DNA of 64,000 bases from Treponemataceae bacterium (GTDB lineage Bacteria > Spirochaetota > Spirochaetia > Treponematales > Rectinemataceae): contig CAXXGJ010000025.1 of NCBI GenBank assembly GCA_963677895.2, positions 96,001 through 160,000 of the forward strand, written 5' to 3'. The notes below the pieces were generated by a model, which saw only the letters and a list, made by a program, of their open reading frames with translations, ran no database searches and was not told the DNA's origin. The position numbers were made by a program, and so were the translations under genes. Below, piece after piece: positions 1-10,302 of the stretch (its first letter is position 1; each line of letters begins with the position of its first letter).

Positions 1-1
1 C

Positions 2-211
2 GAAGGCGCCTTCTACCTCTTCCCCAAGATCCCCGGCAAAGGCGGCGACGCGGTCTTCCTGGACCTGCTCAGAGAAGAAAACATCCTCGTCGTCCCGGGC
101 TCGGCCTTCGGAACCCCAGGTTACTTCCGCATAGCCTTCTGCGTCGATCCGGCCGTCATCGACGGGGCTCTGCCGGGATTCGAGAGGGCGATGCGCAAGG
201 TAAAGGGATAG
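2..211 (+). CDS. PLP-dependent class I/II aminotransferase, C-terminal fragment (5' end outside window)
   Basis: Manual translation EGAFYLFPK...ILVVPGSAFGTPGYFRIAFC...KVKG*; GAFY, VVPGSAFG and FRIAF are typical AspC-type C-terminal motifs; TAG at 209-211. Confidence 0.85.
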   Translation, partial: EGAFYLFPKIPGKGGDAVFLDLLREENILVVPGSAFGTPGYFRIAFCVDPAVIDGALPGFERAMRKVKG

Positions 212-285
212 AGGCAGCTGCACCTCAAATTTGCGCACAAAACGGGAAAATAGTGTTATTGTGAACGCTCAAGGAGATATCCGCA

Positions 286-1035
286 ATGCATATCGGTATT
301 TTTGAAAACCTCGACAGTCTCGGAAAACACGCGGCCGATATCGGCGCTCAGGGCATCCGCGACGCCATCGCCGCCAAAGGCGAAGCCAACATCATCCTCG
401 CCACCGGCGCCAGCCAATTTTCCATGCTCGAGCACCTGATCCAGGAACCGGGAATAGACTGGTCTCTCGTGACGATTTTCCACCTGGACGAATATGTCGG
501 AATGAGCATTTCCCATCCGGCCAGCTTCCGTAAATACATGAAGGAAAGAGTCGTCGAGAAACTGCCCACGCTCAAAAAATTCAACTATATCGGGGCCGAC
601 GCCGTCCCGCTCAGGGCTGAACTCGCCAGGCTCGCCGCGCTCATAAAGGAAAAACCCATCGACGTGGCCTTCATCGGCATCGGGGAAAACGGACACCTCG
701 CCTTCAACGACCCGCCCGCCGATTTCGAGACCGAGGAACCCTACATCGTGGTGGACCTGGACGAGAAATGCCGCATGCAGCAGGTGGGCGAAGGCTGGTT
801 CAAAGGCCTCTCCGACGTCCCAGCGCAGGCCGTCTCGATGAGCATCCGCCAGATCATGAAGTCGAAGACCATCGTCTGCACAGTGCCCGATTCCCGCAAG
901 AAGGAAGCGGTCGCCATGGCGCTGAACGCCCCCATCTCTCCCGAGGCGCCCTGCTCGATAATGCGCCGGCACCCCTCCTGCTATCTGATGCTCGATTACC
1001 CGGCCGCCGAGCTCATTCTCTCCGGCGACAAATAA
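286..1035 (+). CDS. nagB: Glucosamine-6-phosphate deaminase family protein
   Basis: LATGAS, HLDEYVG and [13 protein letters not shown] motifs; AAGGAG RBS upstream. Confidence 0.88.
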   Translation: MHIGIFENLDSLGKHAADIGAQGIRDAIAAKGEANIILATGASQFSMLEHLIQEPGIDWSLVTIFHLDEYVGMSISHPASFRKYMKERVVEKLPTLKKFNYIGADAVPLRAELARLAALIKEKPIDVAFIGIGENGHLAFNDPPADFETEEPYIVVDLDEKCRMQQVGEGWFKGLSDVPAQAVSMSIRQIMKSKTIVCTVPDSRKKEAVAMALNAPISPEAPCSIMRRHPSCYLMLDYPAAELILSGDK

Positions 1036-1050
1036 TCAATCCGGCATGCC

Positions 1051-2670
1051 CTATTCATAGCGGGCATGCCCTTCGGCCACGTAGCGGTCGGTAATGCCCT
1101 TGATGGCTTCGACCGCTTCGTGGCAGAGCCTTCCCTCGCTGGAGACGACTTCCCAGCGGACCATACCCTCTTCGCTGCGGGAAATGCGCTGGGCGACCTG
1201 ATACCACGCTCCGGAAACATCGGTATCGGCGCCGATGATTTCCGGCAGGCCTGACCTCATCAGCGTGGCATCCAGGCTCGTGCCGTCTTCCATAGTCTTC
1301 AGAACCGAAAGCCCCCGCCCCGCGAATTCGGTCTCGACATCTTCCATCACGCGTTCCATCAGGGCCTCGTCGATGAAATGGCAGGGCCATTCCCTCGCTC
1401 GGGCGATCTGCTTCTGACGCTCCATGGCCTTCTCGAAGCGTTCGGGATGATTCGCCCACAGCCTGGCCGTCAACAGGGTGAAATACAGCGTATTCTCCGT
1501 GGCCGCGAAGCCCTTGGAGAAATCGTCGAGATCGTAGGGAAAATTCATGTAGTAATGGGCCGATTCCTCGGAAGCGACCAGATACTGCCGGCCGCAATGG
1601 GTCCGCAGCGCCTCTTTTATGAACGAATGCCCATTGCGGATGATATGGACATCGATTCCCCGGGATGCCTGGTCGACCATCGCCAGAGGATTCGCCTTTA
1701 CATCAGAGTACATATGCGGACGCCATGGCGCTGACGCGCCTCCGTCGAAAAAGCCGGAAGCGTGGACACCCCGGAAAAACTTCATTATCTCCGGAACAAG
1801 GACGCCGAGATTGAAGGATGGGGCCAGCTGCTCGCCTCGGGCGTTCATCACATCCATCCGGTCCCCGTCACCGTCGTAGCAAAAGCCGAAATCGTAGCCT
1901 CCACCCTTCATCAGATCCCAGGTGGGTTGTATGCTTTTCAGAATGCCGGGATTGGGATCCCCCCTGGGAAAGAATCCGTCAGGCACGAGATTCCTCGTCC
2001 GGACCTTGGCGCCGGCCAGCCCCAAAGCCTCGCTTACCTCGGTTCCCGCGGCGCCGCAGAGGAAATCCGCCAGGACAGGCAGCCCCGAGAGGGAATCGCG
2101 CTCCACGCCCGCGAGTCTCATGGAATAGTCGATGAACTGGTCGAGATAGCGCCGCACGGTCACCTTCGCCCTTCCGGATGGGGATCGGACGAGGTCGCCG
2201 TCTTCCAGATAAAGGGCAAGTATGCCGGTGATGCCGCCGGCCGGTCCCGAATCCATGGCAAGCGTCATCATGCCCCGGGACATTAGCTTCAACCCGATAT
2301 ACTCGCCTGGATTGTGGCTAGCGGTGAACATGACCGCCGCGCTGTCCGGATTCCGCATGCAGCTATAGTAAAATTGGCAGGTGGAACTCTGCAGGGGATT
2401 GAGGATTACCTCGATGCCCATCTCGGGCAGCAGTTCCACGGCCAGCTCCATAAGGGCGGGCGCGGCCAGCCTGGCGTCGCGCCCCAGCACCACGGAATCG
2501 GCGCCCAGCGCTTCCTTGACGTAGCGGCCTACGGCGATGATCAGCCGCGAACTGAGGGCCGGAGTCAGCCTGCTTTCCTTCGTCCTTATGTCGTAGGCCT
2601 TGAACATGCCAAGGTTGAGTTTTTGCCTCTGCGATTCCGATACCGTGGCCATGAGCGATTGATAATCCAT
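1051..2670 (-). CDS. Phosphomannomutase/phosphoglucomutase family protein
   Basis: FKAYDIR, TASHNP (phospho-Ser), DGDGDR metal loop, SEESAH; start set at ATG 2670 with GAGG upstream. Confidence 0.88.
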   Translation of the reverse strand: MDYQSLMATVSESQRQKLNLGMFKAYDIRTKESRLTPALSSRLIIAVGRYVKEALGADSVVLGRDARLAAPALMELAVELLPEMGIEVILNPLQSSTCQFYYSCMRNPDSAAVMFTASHNPGEYIGLKLMSRGMMTLAMDSGPAGGITGILALYLEDGDLVRSPSGRAKVTVRRYLDQFIDYSMRLAGVERDSLSGLPVLADFLCGAAGTEVSEALGLAGAKVRTRNLVPDGFFPRGDPNPGILKSIQPTWDLMKGGGYDFGFCYDGDGDRMDVMNARGEQLAPSFNLGVLVPEIMKFFRGVHASGFFDGGASAPWRPHMYSDVKANPLAMVDQASRGIDVHIIRNGHSFIKEALRTHCGRQYLVASEESAHYYMNFPYDLDDFSKGFAATENTLYFTLLTARLWANHPERFEKAMERQKQIARAREWPCHFIDEALMERVMEDVETEFAGRGLSVLKTMEDGTSLDATLMRSGLPEIIGADTDVSGAWYQVAQRISRSEEGMVRWEVVSSEGRLCHEAVEAIKGITDRYVAEGHARYE

Positions 2671-2912
2671 GGAATTCCTCGCGGCCGACGGAAGACTCAC
2701 CTTTTGGGCTTCTCTATTCCCGCCTTCACGCCCCCGCCGCCATATTCAGGAAAGTATACAAGTAAAAATCATCCATCACAAGGAAAAAGAAACAAAAAGA
2801 AAGAAAAACAAAGACAAAGCGAGATTCTAGCCACCGCGAATCCCCGCGGCTCTACGCGATGCCAGCCGTTCTTTCTCTTCAATTCCGGGAGCGACTATCG
2901 CATACTAAACGT

Positions 2913-3515
2913 ATGAATATCCAATCGCGTGGCGCCGACCCTCTGCGCATCGACGAACTCGCGATTCCCCGCTTTCCGGGCATCATCGGCATGACCTCCT
3001 GTCCCGGCAGGAAGCGAGTCTTCCAGCGCCGCGAAGTCCGCGATCGCGGCGGCGGTGATGACGGTATTCACGAGGCTGATCGCGACAGCGACCTTGCGGC
3101 CGATCTGGCCTTTATCCAAACCTGGGGAGCGGAAATTCTCCTAAGCCTCATCGAGCCGCAGGAGTATGCGGCATATGGCGTCGAGCGGATGCGCGAACTG
3201 ATTCCCGAAGGCCTTCTCCACCTTCGGCTTCCAATCCCGGATGGCTCGACGCCCGACGCTTCCTGGGAAAAGTCATGGGAATCCGCCGGCCCCAAGATCC
3301 GCGCGATCCTGCGCCGCGGGGGACGAGTCTGCGTTCACTGCATAGGAGGACTCGGGCGGACAGGGCTTGTCGCCGCGCGGCTTCTGGTGGAACTTGGCGT
3401 TCAGCCGCAGGAAGCCATCCGAATGGTCAGGAAGACCCGCCCGGGCGCGATTGAGACCGCCGCGCAGGAGGACTATGTCAGGTCGCTCCCGCCGGCACGC
3501 GAGAGCTTTTCATAG
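2913..3515 (+). CDS. Dual-specificity/tyrosine phosphatase (CDKN3-like)
   Basis: HCIGGLGRTG CX5R active site, LPIPD acid loop, RPGAIETAAQ Q-loop. Confidence 0.88.
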   Translation: MNIQSRGADPLRIDELAIPRFPGIIGMTSCPGRKRVFQRREVRDRGGGDDGIHEADRDSDLAADLAFIQTWGAEILLSLIEPQEYAAYGVERMRELIPEGLLHLRLPIPDGSTPDASWEKSWESAGPKIRAILRRGGRVCVHCIGGLGRTGLVAARLLVELGVQPQEAIRMVRKTRPGAIETAAQEDYVRSLPPARESFS

Positions 3516-4204
3516 GTTTTATATCGTCCATGTTTGCCCGACTCGGCGAGAAGACCGGCACGGCAGAAACAATAGAGAATCTTACGCGCCCTTTGAGGAT
3601 GAATGCCAAGAGCCTCCCCCAAGGCAGCCGAGGTAAAGGGCGACGCGAGACTCTTCGGAATGAGAGCGAGCCATTGGCCGCGGGTCCGGAAAGAACGCGA
3701 CGAAATAACTTCGAGCAGTTCTTTGTCGACCGTCCTGTCGCCCTTGCGCCACCATGATCCCGATCCGTCGCGGACCTTCGTCTCCACGCTCCTGACCATG
3801 AGAATCTCGACCGTGACGTTGCGCGCCGCCATGAACCCGGGCGCACGGATGAGTTCGTCGAAGAGGCTGTACAGATCGCCCCGCTTCGGACTCATGCGGA
3901 CCGAAAGCAGCTCGTTCGTCAACGGATCGAGTCTGCGCAGCTCGCGCCTCGCCGACACCGGGTAAACGACGCGCACGCGGTACCCCTTCCCGGCGAATTC
4001 GAGAACCTTGGGCGCAAGCTGGCCAAGATGCCCGGTTTGCACCTCCAGAAGCTCGCCGTCGGCGCGAACGAGATCCACCACCTTGCCTTCGACCAAGGCT
4101 TCCAGTCGATCTCCCGGCTTGGCGAGATAGTCCTTGAGTTGGGCGTGGAGACTGTATTCCGAATAGAGGTTAATGCCTGACCGCTCGGCGGCGATGGATC
4201 CCAT
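3473..4204 (-). CDS. Conserved hypothetical protein, possible PD-(D/E)xK-like fold with C-terminal HTH
   Basis: E-x-SLH..LK and VDL...EVQTG pattern; C-terminal FTSAALGEALGI..RARKILY is HTH-like; the longer ORF extension overlaps the gene at 4322 and is not accepted. Confidence 0.6.
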   Translation of the reverse strand: MGSIAAERSGINLYSEYSLHAQLKDYLAKPGDRLEALVEGKVVDLVRADGELLEVQTGHLGQLAPKVLEFAGKGYRVRVVYPVSARRELRRLDPLTNELLSVRMSPKRGDLYSLFDELIRAPGFMAARNVTVEILMVRSVETKVRDGSGSWWRKGDRTVDKELLEVISSRSFRTRGQWLALIPKSLASPFTSAALGEALGIHPQRARKILYCFCRAGLLAESGKHGRYKTYEKLSRAGGSDLT

Positions 4205-4321
4205 GGCCATAAGTATGCACGAGACGGACGAGAATGCCCAGCGGGGACGTTCAGGGTATTCGGGCATTGACAGATAAGCGAAACCAGACGAACTTGATAA
4301 TGAATACAGCGGAGGTTCAGC

Positions 4322-5191
4322 ATGAAATATTCGGGCATACTTCTCCCGTTTTGCATGGCATTCCTCGTCGCGGGCTGCGCGAGCGCCCCTCCTCCAGCCA
4401 CGCTTCAAGCCCCCGCGCCCAAGGCCGACATCTGGCCGAAGATATACAGCGACGAATCCTACCTCTCGACCTTCGCTTCGACATGGTCCGAGGATGAAGC
4501 GGTTGGCGCGATAAAGAACCTGCAAAACTCCATGGTCGAATTCAACGCCAACCTTCCCCTGTCGGAATTGAGCGTCGACCCTTACGGCATGAGGGCCCGC
4601 TGGTCCTGGATCGAAAACGGCTCATTCCAGAAAAGCGCCGGAATCGTCATACCCTTCGACATGGTCTCATCCATGCTTCTCGAGCATTATCCGGCCCTCG
4701 AAAAAGACTATAAATGGGGACTCCTCGTCTATATAACGGGGGGAAGCCCCGTATCGCTGCGCATGCCCACGAGGGATCTGGCGGAACGTCTCGGCAAGGC
4801 GGTCATCGTGCTGGCCAAAGCCAGGGCGGCGAAGCTGTCCATGCCCAATCCTCGTTTCGGCGCGGCCCTCGGAGCCCTGAGCGAGGCCCAAGCGCAAGCC
4901 GCCGGCATTCTGCCTACGGGAGGCATCATCCTGTCCTGGATATTCAAGGAGAGCCCCGCCGAAAAAGCCGGTTTCTCGCCCCAGGACATCATCACGGGCA
5001 TTGGAGGAAAGCCGGTGCGAAAAACCGACGACCTTTTCTCCGCGCTGGACGCCGCCGCGGCCGCGGGAGCCACCGAGATAAAAATATCCGGCATTAGGCG
5101 CAGCTATAGAACGGAGGGGAAGACCAATGTCGAAATCTTCGTTCCCCTCGCCTTCACCCTGGCGATAGACCAGACGGGAGCGGCCAAATGA
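4322..5191 (+). CDS. Lipoprotein with C-terminal PDZ domain
   Basis: Lipobox LVAGC after a hydrophobic stretch; PDZ motif SPAEKAGF..QDIITGIGGKPV; GGAGG RBS. Confidence 0.8.
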   Translation: MKYSGILLPFCMAFLVAGCASAPPPATLQAPAPKADIWPKIYSDESYLSTFASTWSEDEAVGAIKNLQNSMVEFNANLPLSELSVDPYGMRARWSWIENGSFQKSAGIVIPFDMVSSMLLEHYPALEKDYKWGLLVYITGGSPVSLRMPTRDLAERLGKAVIVLAKARAAKLSMPNPRFGAALGALSEAQAQAAGILPTGGIILSWIFKESPAEKAGFSPQDIITGIGGKPVRKTDDLFSALDAAAAAGATEIKISGIRRSYRTEGKTNVEIFVPLAFTLAIDQTGAAK

Positions 5192-5853
5192 AAACCAGAC
5201 AATATCTTCTCTTCGTCGCCATGGGCTTCCTCGTACTTTTCAGGGCATTTTCCCAGGGGGCCGACCCCAAGATGGTAACGCCGGCCTGGATACTGGAAAA
5301 ACAATTCGAACAACAGCAGGAAGAAAAGAAAGTGGCCAGCCCGGCGGGGGCTTTCAACGTCTTCTTCATAGGCTATGACTATCCCTTGACCTCGGGGCCG
5401 CTGTCGCCCCATCTCGATACATGGAAGAGCCCGCTCAATTTCGCCTTCGGCATGGAAACGTCCATGTCAAACGAATCTTCGTTCCTGACCGGCGTCGAGG
5501 GGGAACTCTTCATGACCTTCAATGACCAGGGGTCTTTCTTTCTCATGAACGATATGGTCATGTTCGGGTACTCCATCAATCTGAAGCCGGTAAGGCTCAA
5601 CATGGGCGTCCGCGCCGGCTTCTCCATCCTGGATGTCATGGGCACGACGGAGACGTATACAGGACTTGGGCTGATCATCGGCCCCGAAGCCTCCATTTAC
5701 CTGACCTTCGCTCCAGATTCCTGGCTATGGCTCAGGGGCCGTTATGCCATGGCCGGCTACATGAGCATGGACTCATCCTCGAATCCGATTTCGCAGGGGG
5801 ACGATTCCCTCACCTTGATCAGTCTCGAGGCCGGATTGGCTTTCAAGCTTTAA
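5188..5853 (+). CDS. Secreted hypothetical protein, probable small outer-membrane beta-barrel
   Basis: Signal peptide, alternating amphipathic strands, C-terminal SLEAGLAFKL; ATGA overlap with upstream gene. Confidence 0.6.
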   Translation: MKTRQYLLFVAMGFLVLFRAFSQGADPKMVTPAWILEKQFEQQQEEKKVASPAGAFNVFFIGYDYPLTSGPLSPHLDTWKSPLNFAFGMETSMSNESSFLTGVEGELFMTFNDQGSFFLMNDMVMFGYSINLKPVRLNMGVRAGFSILDVMGTTETYTGLGLIIGPEASIYLTFAPDSWLWLRGRYAMAGYMSMDSSSNPISQGDDSLTLISLEAGLAFKL

Positions 5854-5862
5854 AATCGTGGA

Positions 5863-6864
5863 TTAAAGCGAAAGAATCTCCCGCCAGACGCGTTCGTCCA
5901 CGGGGATGCCTTCTGCCGCGTTGCGCTCTCTTACAGCCCTCATCCGCTGCCCGGCATAGACGATGGGCCTGGACGAGCCGTCGGGTTTCGACGAGAGCAG
6001 ATCCTCCACGGCCTCCCGCACGATCTCTTCCACGCGCTCAGGCGGCGCGATGGCGGAAATATTGATCGCGACGAAGGTCTGCGAAATCGCGTACTCGCCG
6101 CCGAGCCTGCCGATGGCCGATGTCGTATTGCCGAGCGAAAGTCCTCCCGAGAAAATATCCAGGGCGAAGGAAAGCGCCGCTCCCTTCCAGTACCCGGCCG
6201 GCATCATCCTTTTTGTCTCCAACACAGCCTCGGGATCGCAGGTCAGATTGCCCGCGGCATCGAATCCGGCCGCATAGGGCATCTGTTCGCCTTTGAGCGC
6301 GGCGAGTTCCAGCGCGCCGTACGAATACTGCGACATCGCCATGTCGACGACGATATGATCTTCCTTCCATGGGAAAGCAATCACGAGCGGATTGTTGCCC
6401 AGCCGCGGATCGACGGCTCCCCATGTCGGCATATTGGGCAAGGTATTGGTAAAGCAGATACCCGCCATGCCCTGTTCGCAGGCCTGATAGCCATAGGTCG
6501 CGGCCCGGAGCCAGTGGTTCGTATTGCGCAGGGCCACACAGCCGATGCCATGCTCCTTCGCGAGGTCGATCGCCCGTCCCATGCAGGCCCAGGCGTTGAC
6601 GATCCCGAAGCCCAGCCCGCCGTCATAGTTCTCCAGCCCGCCAAAAGCGTTGATCAACACCGGTTCCGCCTTCATGTCCAGCGTCCCGTCGTCGATGCCT
6701 CTCACCAGCCGCGCGAAACGATTGATCCCGTGGGTGTAGGTGCCCTCGAGTGAATTGCGCGCCACTTCGAAGGCCACCTTCCGCGCATGTTCCGGTGGAC
6801 AGTCTCGTCCGAGCAGTATTTTTTCAAACGCGGTCCGAACTTCCCCGACCGGAATCTTCAGCAT
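5863..6864 (-). CDS. dlgD: 2,3-diketo-L-gulonate reductase (3-dehydro-L-gulonate 2-dehydrogenase, Ldh_2 family)
   Basis: THGINRF, LRNTNHWLR, LGNNPL, DMAMSQYSYG and GYWKG match YiaK/DlgD; GGGAGG RBS before ATG 6864. Confidence 0.85.
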   Translation of the reverse strand: MLKIPVGEVRTAFEKILLGRDCPPEHARKVAFEVARNSLEGTYTHGINRFARLVRGIDDGTLDMKAEPVLINAFGGLENYDGGLGFGIVNAWACMGRAIDLAKEHGIGCVALRNTNHWLRAATYGYQACEQGMAGICFTNTLPNMPTWGAVDPRLGNNPLVIAFPWKEDHIVVDMAMSQYSYGALELAALKGEQMPYAAGFDAAGNLTCDPEAVLETKRMMPAGYWKGAALSFALDIFSGGLSLGNTTSAIGRLGGEYAISQTFVAINISAIAPPERVEEIVREAVEDLLSSKPDGSSRPIVYAGQRMRAVRERNAAEGIPVDERVWREILSL

Positions 6865-6924
6865 CGCGGAGCCTCCCTTTTCGAATCGATCCATGCCACG
6901 ACGATACCATGCGCACAATCCAAT

Positions 6925-6949
6925 AAAAAAGGCTTCCTTTCGGAAGCCT
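6925..6949 (-). terminator. Intrinsic terminator after tRNA-Leu
   Basis: Minus strand AGGCTTCC-GAAA-GGAAGCCT followed by a T run. Confidence 0.85.
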
Positions 6950-6955
6950 AAAAAT

Positions 6956-7035
6956 TGCCCGGAGGGGGACTTGAACCCCCATGCTTTCGCACTAGAACCT
7001 GAATCTAGCGTGTCTGCCAATTCCACCATCCGGGC
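6956..7035 (-). tRNA. tRNA-Leu(CAG), CCA not encoded
   Basis: GCCCGGA/TCCGGGC acceptor stem, TGGTGGAATTGGCAGACAC D-arm, CTAGA-TT-CAG-GT-TCTAG anticodon arm, variable arm, GGTTCAAGTCC T-loop. Confidence 0.97.
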
Positions 7036-7272
7036 GAACGGAGTCTGTTATGCGGAGTGTATTTTTACCGGTACAGGCACGCTCTGTCAAGCACTCGGAT
7101 GCGTTTCGCGTCAACAGAAGGCTATTTCAACGTTTGATACCATGGTTTCAAATTCGGCTTTTCTCAACTTGCTAGATTTGACATCCCGGGGTAGTATGAT
7201 CTCGATGCGTAAAGTGGAGCGGAATTGCCTGCGCTTATCCCTTCCGACAGGCAAAAAAACCATGGAGACACT

Positions 7273-8625
7273 ATGAAACTTTCAGCCTGGAATCGCGATA
7301 TGAGCGGTTTTGATTACCTGTCCCTGCTTGTCATCGACATTGACGGCAGGCTTCGCGCGGTGAGTCTTCCCGCGAATTATGCGAGCGAAAAAGTACTGAA
7401 AAAAGGCATCGGCTTCGACGCTTCCAACTTCGGTTACGCGAAGGTTCATTCTTCCGACATGGTGGCAGTGCCCGACCTGGATACGGCTTTCATCGAGGAG
7501 AAAGAAGGTTTCAGGATACTTCATGCCTTCTGTAGCGTAAAAACGACGGATGGACTGCCTTTTGCCCATTATCCGAGGGAGGTGGTGGCAGCCGCGCTGG
7601 AAAAGGTAAGGCAAAGCGGCATCGGCGAGGATGTCATGCTGCTCGTCGAGCTGGAATTCTATGTGTTCGACAGCGTGAAATACTCGACGACGGTCGATCA
7701 TTCCTATTATTTCGTCGAGAATTCCGAGGGTATCGGACAAGAATCCGAGGATGCGCCGAGGGTGGGGCTTTCGAGGGCGTATCATCTTTCTTCGCCTGAC
7801 GATCGCTATCAGCTTCTGCGTAATAGAGCGGTGCAATCGATGATCGACGCGGGAATTCCCGTTAAATATCACCACCATGAGGTGGGTTCCTCCCAGCTCG
7901 AGATCGAGCTGGATTTCATCTCGCTGCAAAAGGCGGGCGACCTGGTGACCCTCGCGCAGTGGATTCTCCGCAACGAGGCGGCCGAACTCGGGCTTTATGT
8001 CACCTTCATGCCTAAACCGATGTATAAGATCGCGGGCAGCGGCATGCATGTGCATCAGTTCATCGTAAAGGACGGCGCGTCGGTGTTCCCGGGCGAAGGG
8101 CTTTACGGGCTCTCGAAGACGGGGCTGGCTTACACCGCGGGCATTCTTTCCCACGCGCTTTCGGGCTCCCTTCTAGCCTTCTCGAATCCTTCGACGAACT
8201 CCTACCGTCGCCTGGTGCCAGGTTATGAGGCGCCGGTGAGCGCGACCTTCGCCCAGGGGTCGAGGGCCGCCGCGGTCCGCATTCCCGGGTATTTGGGCAA
8301 AGGCGAGGCGCGCATAGAGTTCAGGACCGGCGACGCCACGGCTAATGTTTACTATTTCATCGCGGCCATGGTCCTGGCAGGTCTGGACGGGATCCAGCGG
8401 GGGCTAGATCCTGTGGCGATGGGTTTCGCTTCCGACAAGGTGACGCCGAAAAACACCTTCCCGACGGGGCTATACCATGTCCTGTCGGGGCTCCGCAAGG
8501 ATAAAAAGTACCTGGAAGGCATCTTCCCCGAAGAGCTCATCGCGGTGTGGACCGAACGCAAGTCCAAGGACGCCGAATATGTCTACAACGCTCCCGTTCC
8601 GCAGGAATACGAGCTTTACTTCTGA
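7273..8625 (+). CDS. glnA: Glutamine synthetase type I family
   Basis: IGFDAS, ELEFY, HHHEVG..QLEI, TFMPKP, GSGMHVHQ, NSYRRLVPGYEAP, RIEFR. Confidence 0.88.
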   Translation: MKLSAWNRDMSGFDYLSLLVIDIDGRLRAVSLPANYASEKVLKKGIGFDASNFGYAKVHSSDMVAVPDLDTAFIEEKEGFRILHAFCSVKTTDGLPFAHYPREVVAAALEKVRQSGIGEDVMLLVELEFYVFDSVKYSTTVDHSYYFVENSEGIGQESEDAPRVGLSRAYHLSSPDDRYQLLRNRAVQSMIDAGIPVKYHHHEVGSSQLEIELDFISLQKAGDLVTLAQWILRNEAAELGLYVTFMPKPMYKIAGSGMHVHQFIVKDGASVFPGEGLYGLSKTGLAYTAGILSHALSGSLLAFSNPSTNSYRRLVPGYEAPVSATFAQGSRAAAVRIPGYLGKGEARIEFRTGDATANVYYFIAAMVLAGLDGIQRGLDPVAMGFASDKVTPKNTFPTGLYHVLSGLRKDKKYLEGIFPEELIAVWTERKSKDAEYVYNAPVPQEYELYF

Positions 8626-8676
8626 TGGGAAAGCTTTTTCGGAAATGGCGTTTTACTGCCTAAGAGGAGAATAGCA

Positions 8677-10302
8677 ATGCCTGAGTTCGTTTTTTCGGGC
8701 GACGAAGCGATAGGACGCGGAGCCCTGGATGCCGGGGTTTCGGGTGCTTTTGCCTATCCGGGCACTCCATCCACCGAGATCATGGAGTTCATCCAGGACA
8801 ATCTGGATGCTTACCTGGCCCAGTTTTCGGAGGCCGAACGAAAATCGGTCGTCGCCCAGTGGTGCGCCAACGAGAAATCCGCCTACGAGGCCGCCCTGGG
8901 AGCTTCCTTCGCCGGCAAGCGGGCGATGGTTTCCATGAAACATGTAGGTCTCAATGTAGCCATGGATCCTTTCGTCAATTCGGCGCTCGTGCGCATACGA
9001 GGCGGGCTCGTGCTGGTGGTAGCCGACGATCCCGGCATGCATTCGAGCCAGGATGAACAGGATTCGAGGATTTTGGCCGATTTCGCGCGGGTTCCCTGTT
9101 TCGAGCCTTCGGACCAGCAGGAGGCCTACGAGATGACGCGCGCCGCCTTCGATTACTCCGAGGCGCACGAGGTGCCCGTGATGCTCCGCGTCACGACGAG
9201 GCTGGCCCATGCGCGGTCGCTGGTGCGGACGAAGGCGGCGCGTTTGCCCAACGCCCTCGCGAAACGCGCCGACTCCAAGTCGTGGATACTCATGCCCGAC
9301 AACGCGCAGAAAAACTGGAAGACGTTGCTGGAGAAGAATATTCTTTTCCGGCGGGACGCTGAGGGTGCCGCGACCTTGAAGTTGCGCGACAAAAGCCTGG
9401 GTATAATCACCTGCGGATTGGCCCTGCGCTATTATCTGGAAAACGAGGACGATTGGGCCGCCGCGCATGACGGCGCCCGCCCTTCGCACCTCCACATAGG
9501 GCGTTATCCGATCGAGGGCAATAAGATAAGGGAACTGGCCGCTCACGTGAATAAGATCCTCGTCGTCGAGGAAGGCCAAGTTTTCATGGAAAGGTTCATC
9601 GTCGGCGTATTTCCGGCACCCCTGCCTGTCATGGGAAAACTGTCGGGAGCGATCCCCGAGGACGGGGAATTGTCCGCGGATTCCGTACGCAAGGCTTTGG
9701 GGCTTGCCCCGAAAAGCGCCCTGCCCTCTCCGGGGATTCGAATACCGCAGCGGCCGCCCCAGTTTTGCCAGGGTTGTCCTCATGGGGATTCCTTTTCCGC
9801 GCTGAAGGAGGCGCTCAAGGACGAAGCCGACTTCCTGACCGCTTCCGACATCGGCTGCTATACGTTGGCGGCTCTTCCTCCCTACAATGCCGTGGACACC
9901 TGCGTCGATATGGGCGCGTCGATAGGCATGGCTCGCGGGGCTTCCTCCGTCGGCCAGAAAAAAGCGGTGGCTATCATTGGCGATTCCACCTTCTATCATT
10001 CGGGCATGACGAACCTTCTCGACGCCGTGGCGCATAAGACAACAATCACCGTGCTTATCCTCGACAACAGCACGACGGGCATGACGGGCGCCCAACCTAC
10101 CATTTCGCCGGGATTCAGACTGCGGGCTATTATTGAGGGTTTGGGCGTCGAAGCGGAACATGTCCGCGAGTTGGAGGCTCACCGCAGGGATCACGAGGCG
10201 AATGTCGCCGTCCTTCGCGAAGAGCTGGCTTATGAGGGCGTATCCGTGATCATCATGAAAAGGGAATGCCTTGAGTATCTCAAGAAAACGAGGCGGTCAT
10301 GA
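8677..10302 (+). CDS. iorA: Indolepyruvate ferredoxin oxidoreductase alpha subunit (no C-terminal ferredoxin domain)
   Basis: YPGTPSTEI, MKHVGLNVA.DP, DDPGMHSSQ.EQD, CQGCPH, DIGCY, GDSTF.HSG, DNSTTGMTG. Confidence 0.93.
   Translation: MPEFVFSGDEAIGRGALDAGVSGAFAYPGTPSTEIMEFIQDNLDAYLAQFSEAERKSVVAQWCANEKSAYEAALGASFAGKRAMVSMKHVGLNVAMDPFVNSALVRIRGGLVLVVADDPGMHSSQDEQDSRILADFARVPCFEPSDQQEAYEMTRAAFDYSEAHEVPVMLRVTTRLAHARSLVRTKAARLPNALAKRADSKSWILMPDNAQKNWKTLLEKNILFRRDAEGAATLKLRDKSLGIITCGLALRYYLENEDDWAAAHDGARPSHLHIGRYPIEGNKIRELAAHVNKILVVEEGQVFMERFIVGVFPAPLPVMGKLSGAIPEDGELSADSVRKALGLAPKSALPSPGIRIPQRPPQFCQGCPHGDSFSALKEALKDEADFLTASDIGCYTLAALPPYNAVDTCVDMGASIGMARGASSVGQKKAVAIIGDSTFYHSGMTNLLDAVAHKTTITVLILDNSTTGMTGAQPTISPGFRLRAIIEGLGVEAEHVRELEAHRRDHEANVAVLREELAYEGVSVIIMKRECLEYLKKTRRS

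Noticed and set aside
2760..2820. A-rich run between divergent genes as a repeat element or ncRNA
   Set aside because: No regular unit or complementary arm; compatible with ordinary promoter-region DNA.
6865..7029. N-terminal extension of the 388-aa ORF (MVELADTLDSGSS...)
   Set aside because: It is the tRNA-Leu sequence and its terminator read in frame; the real dlgD start is at 6864 behind GGGAGG.
6956..7035. tRNA-Leu as an island integration site
   Set aside because: No integrase nearby, and I found no duplicate of the tRNA 3' end in the window.
7178..7200. TTGACA...TATGAT as the glnA promoter
   Set aside because: The spacer is only 11 bp, so the two hexamers cannot form one sigma70 promoter.
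8653..10194. 513-aa antisense ORF
   Set aside because: Shadow of iorA in a high-GC genome; no recognisable motifs.
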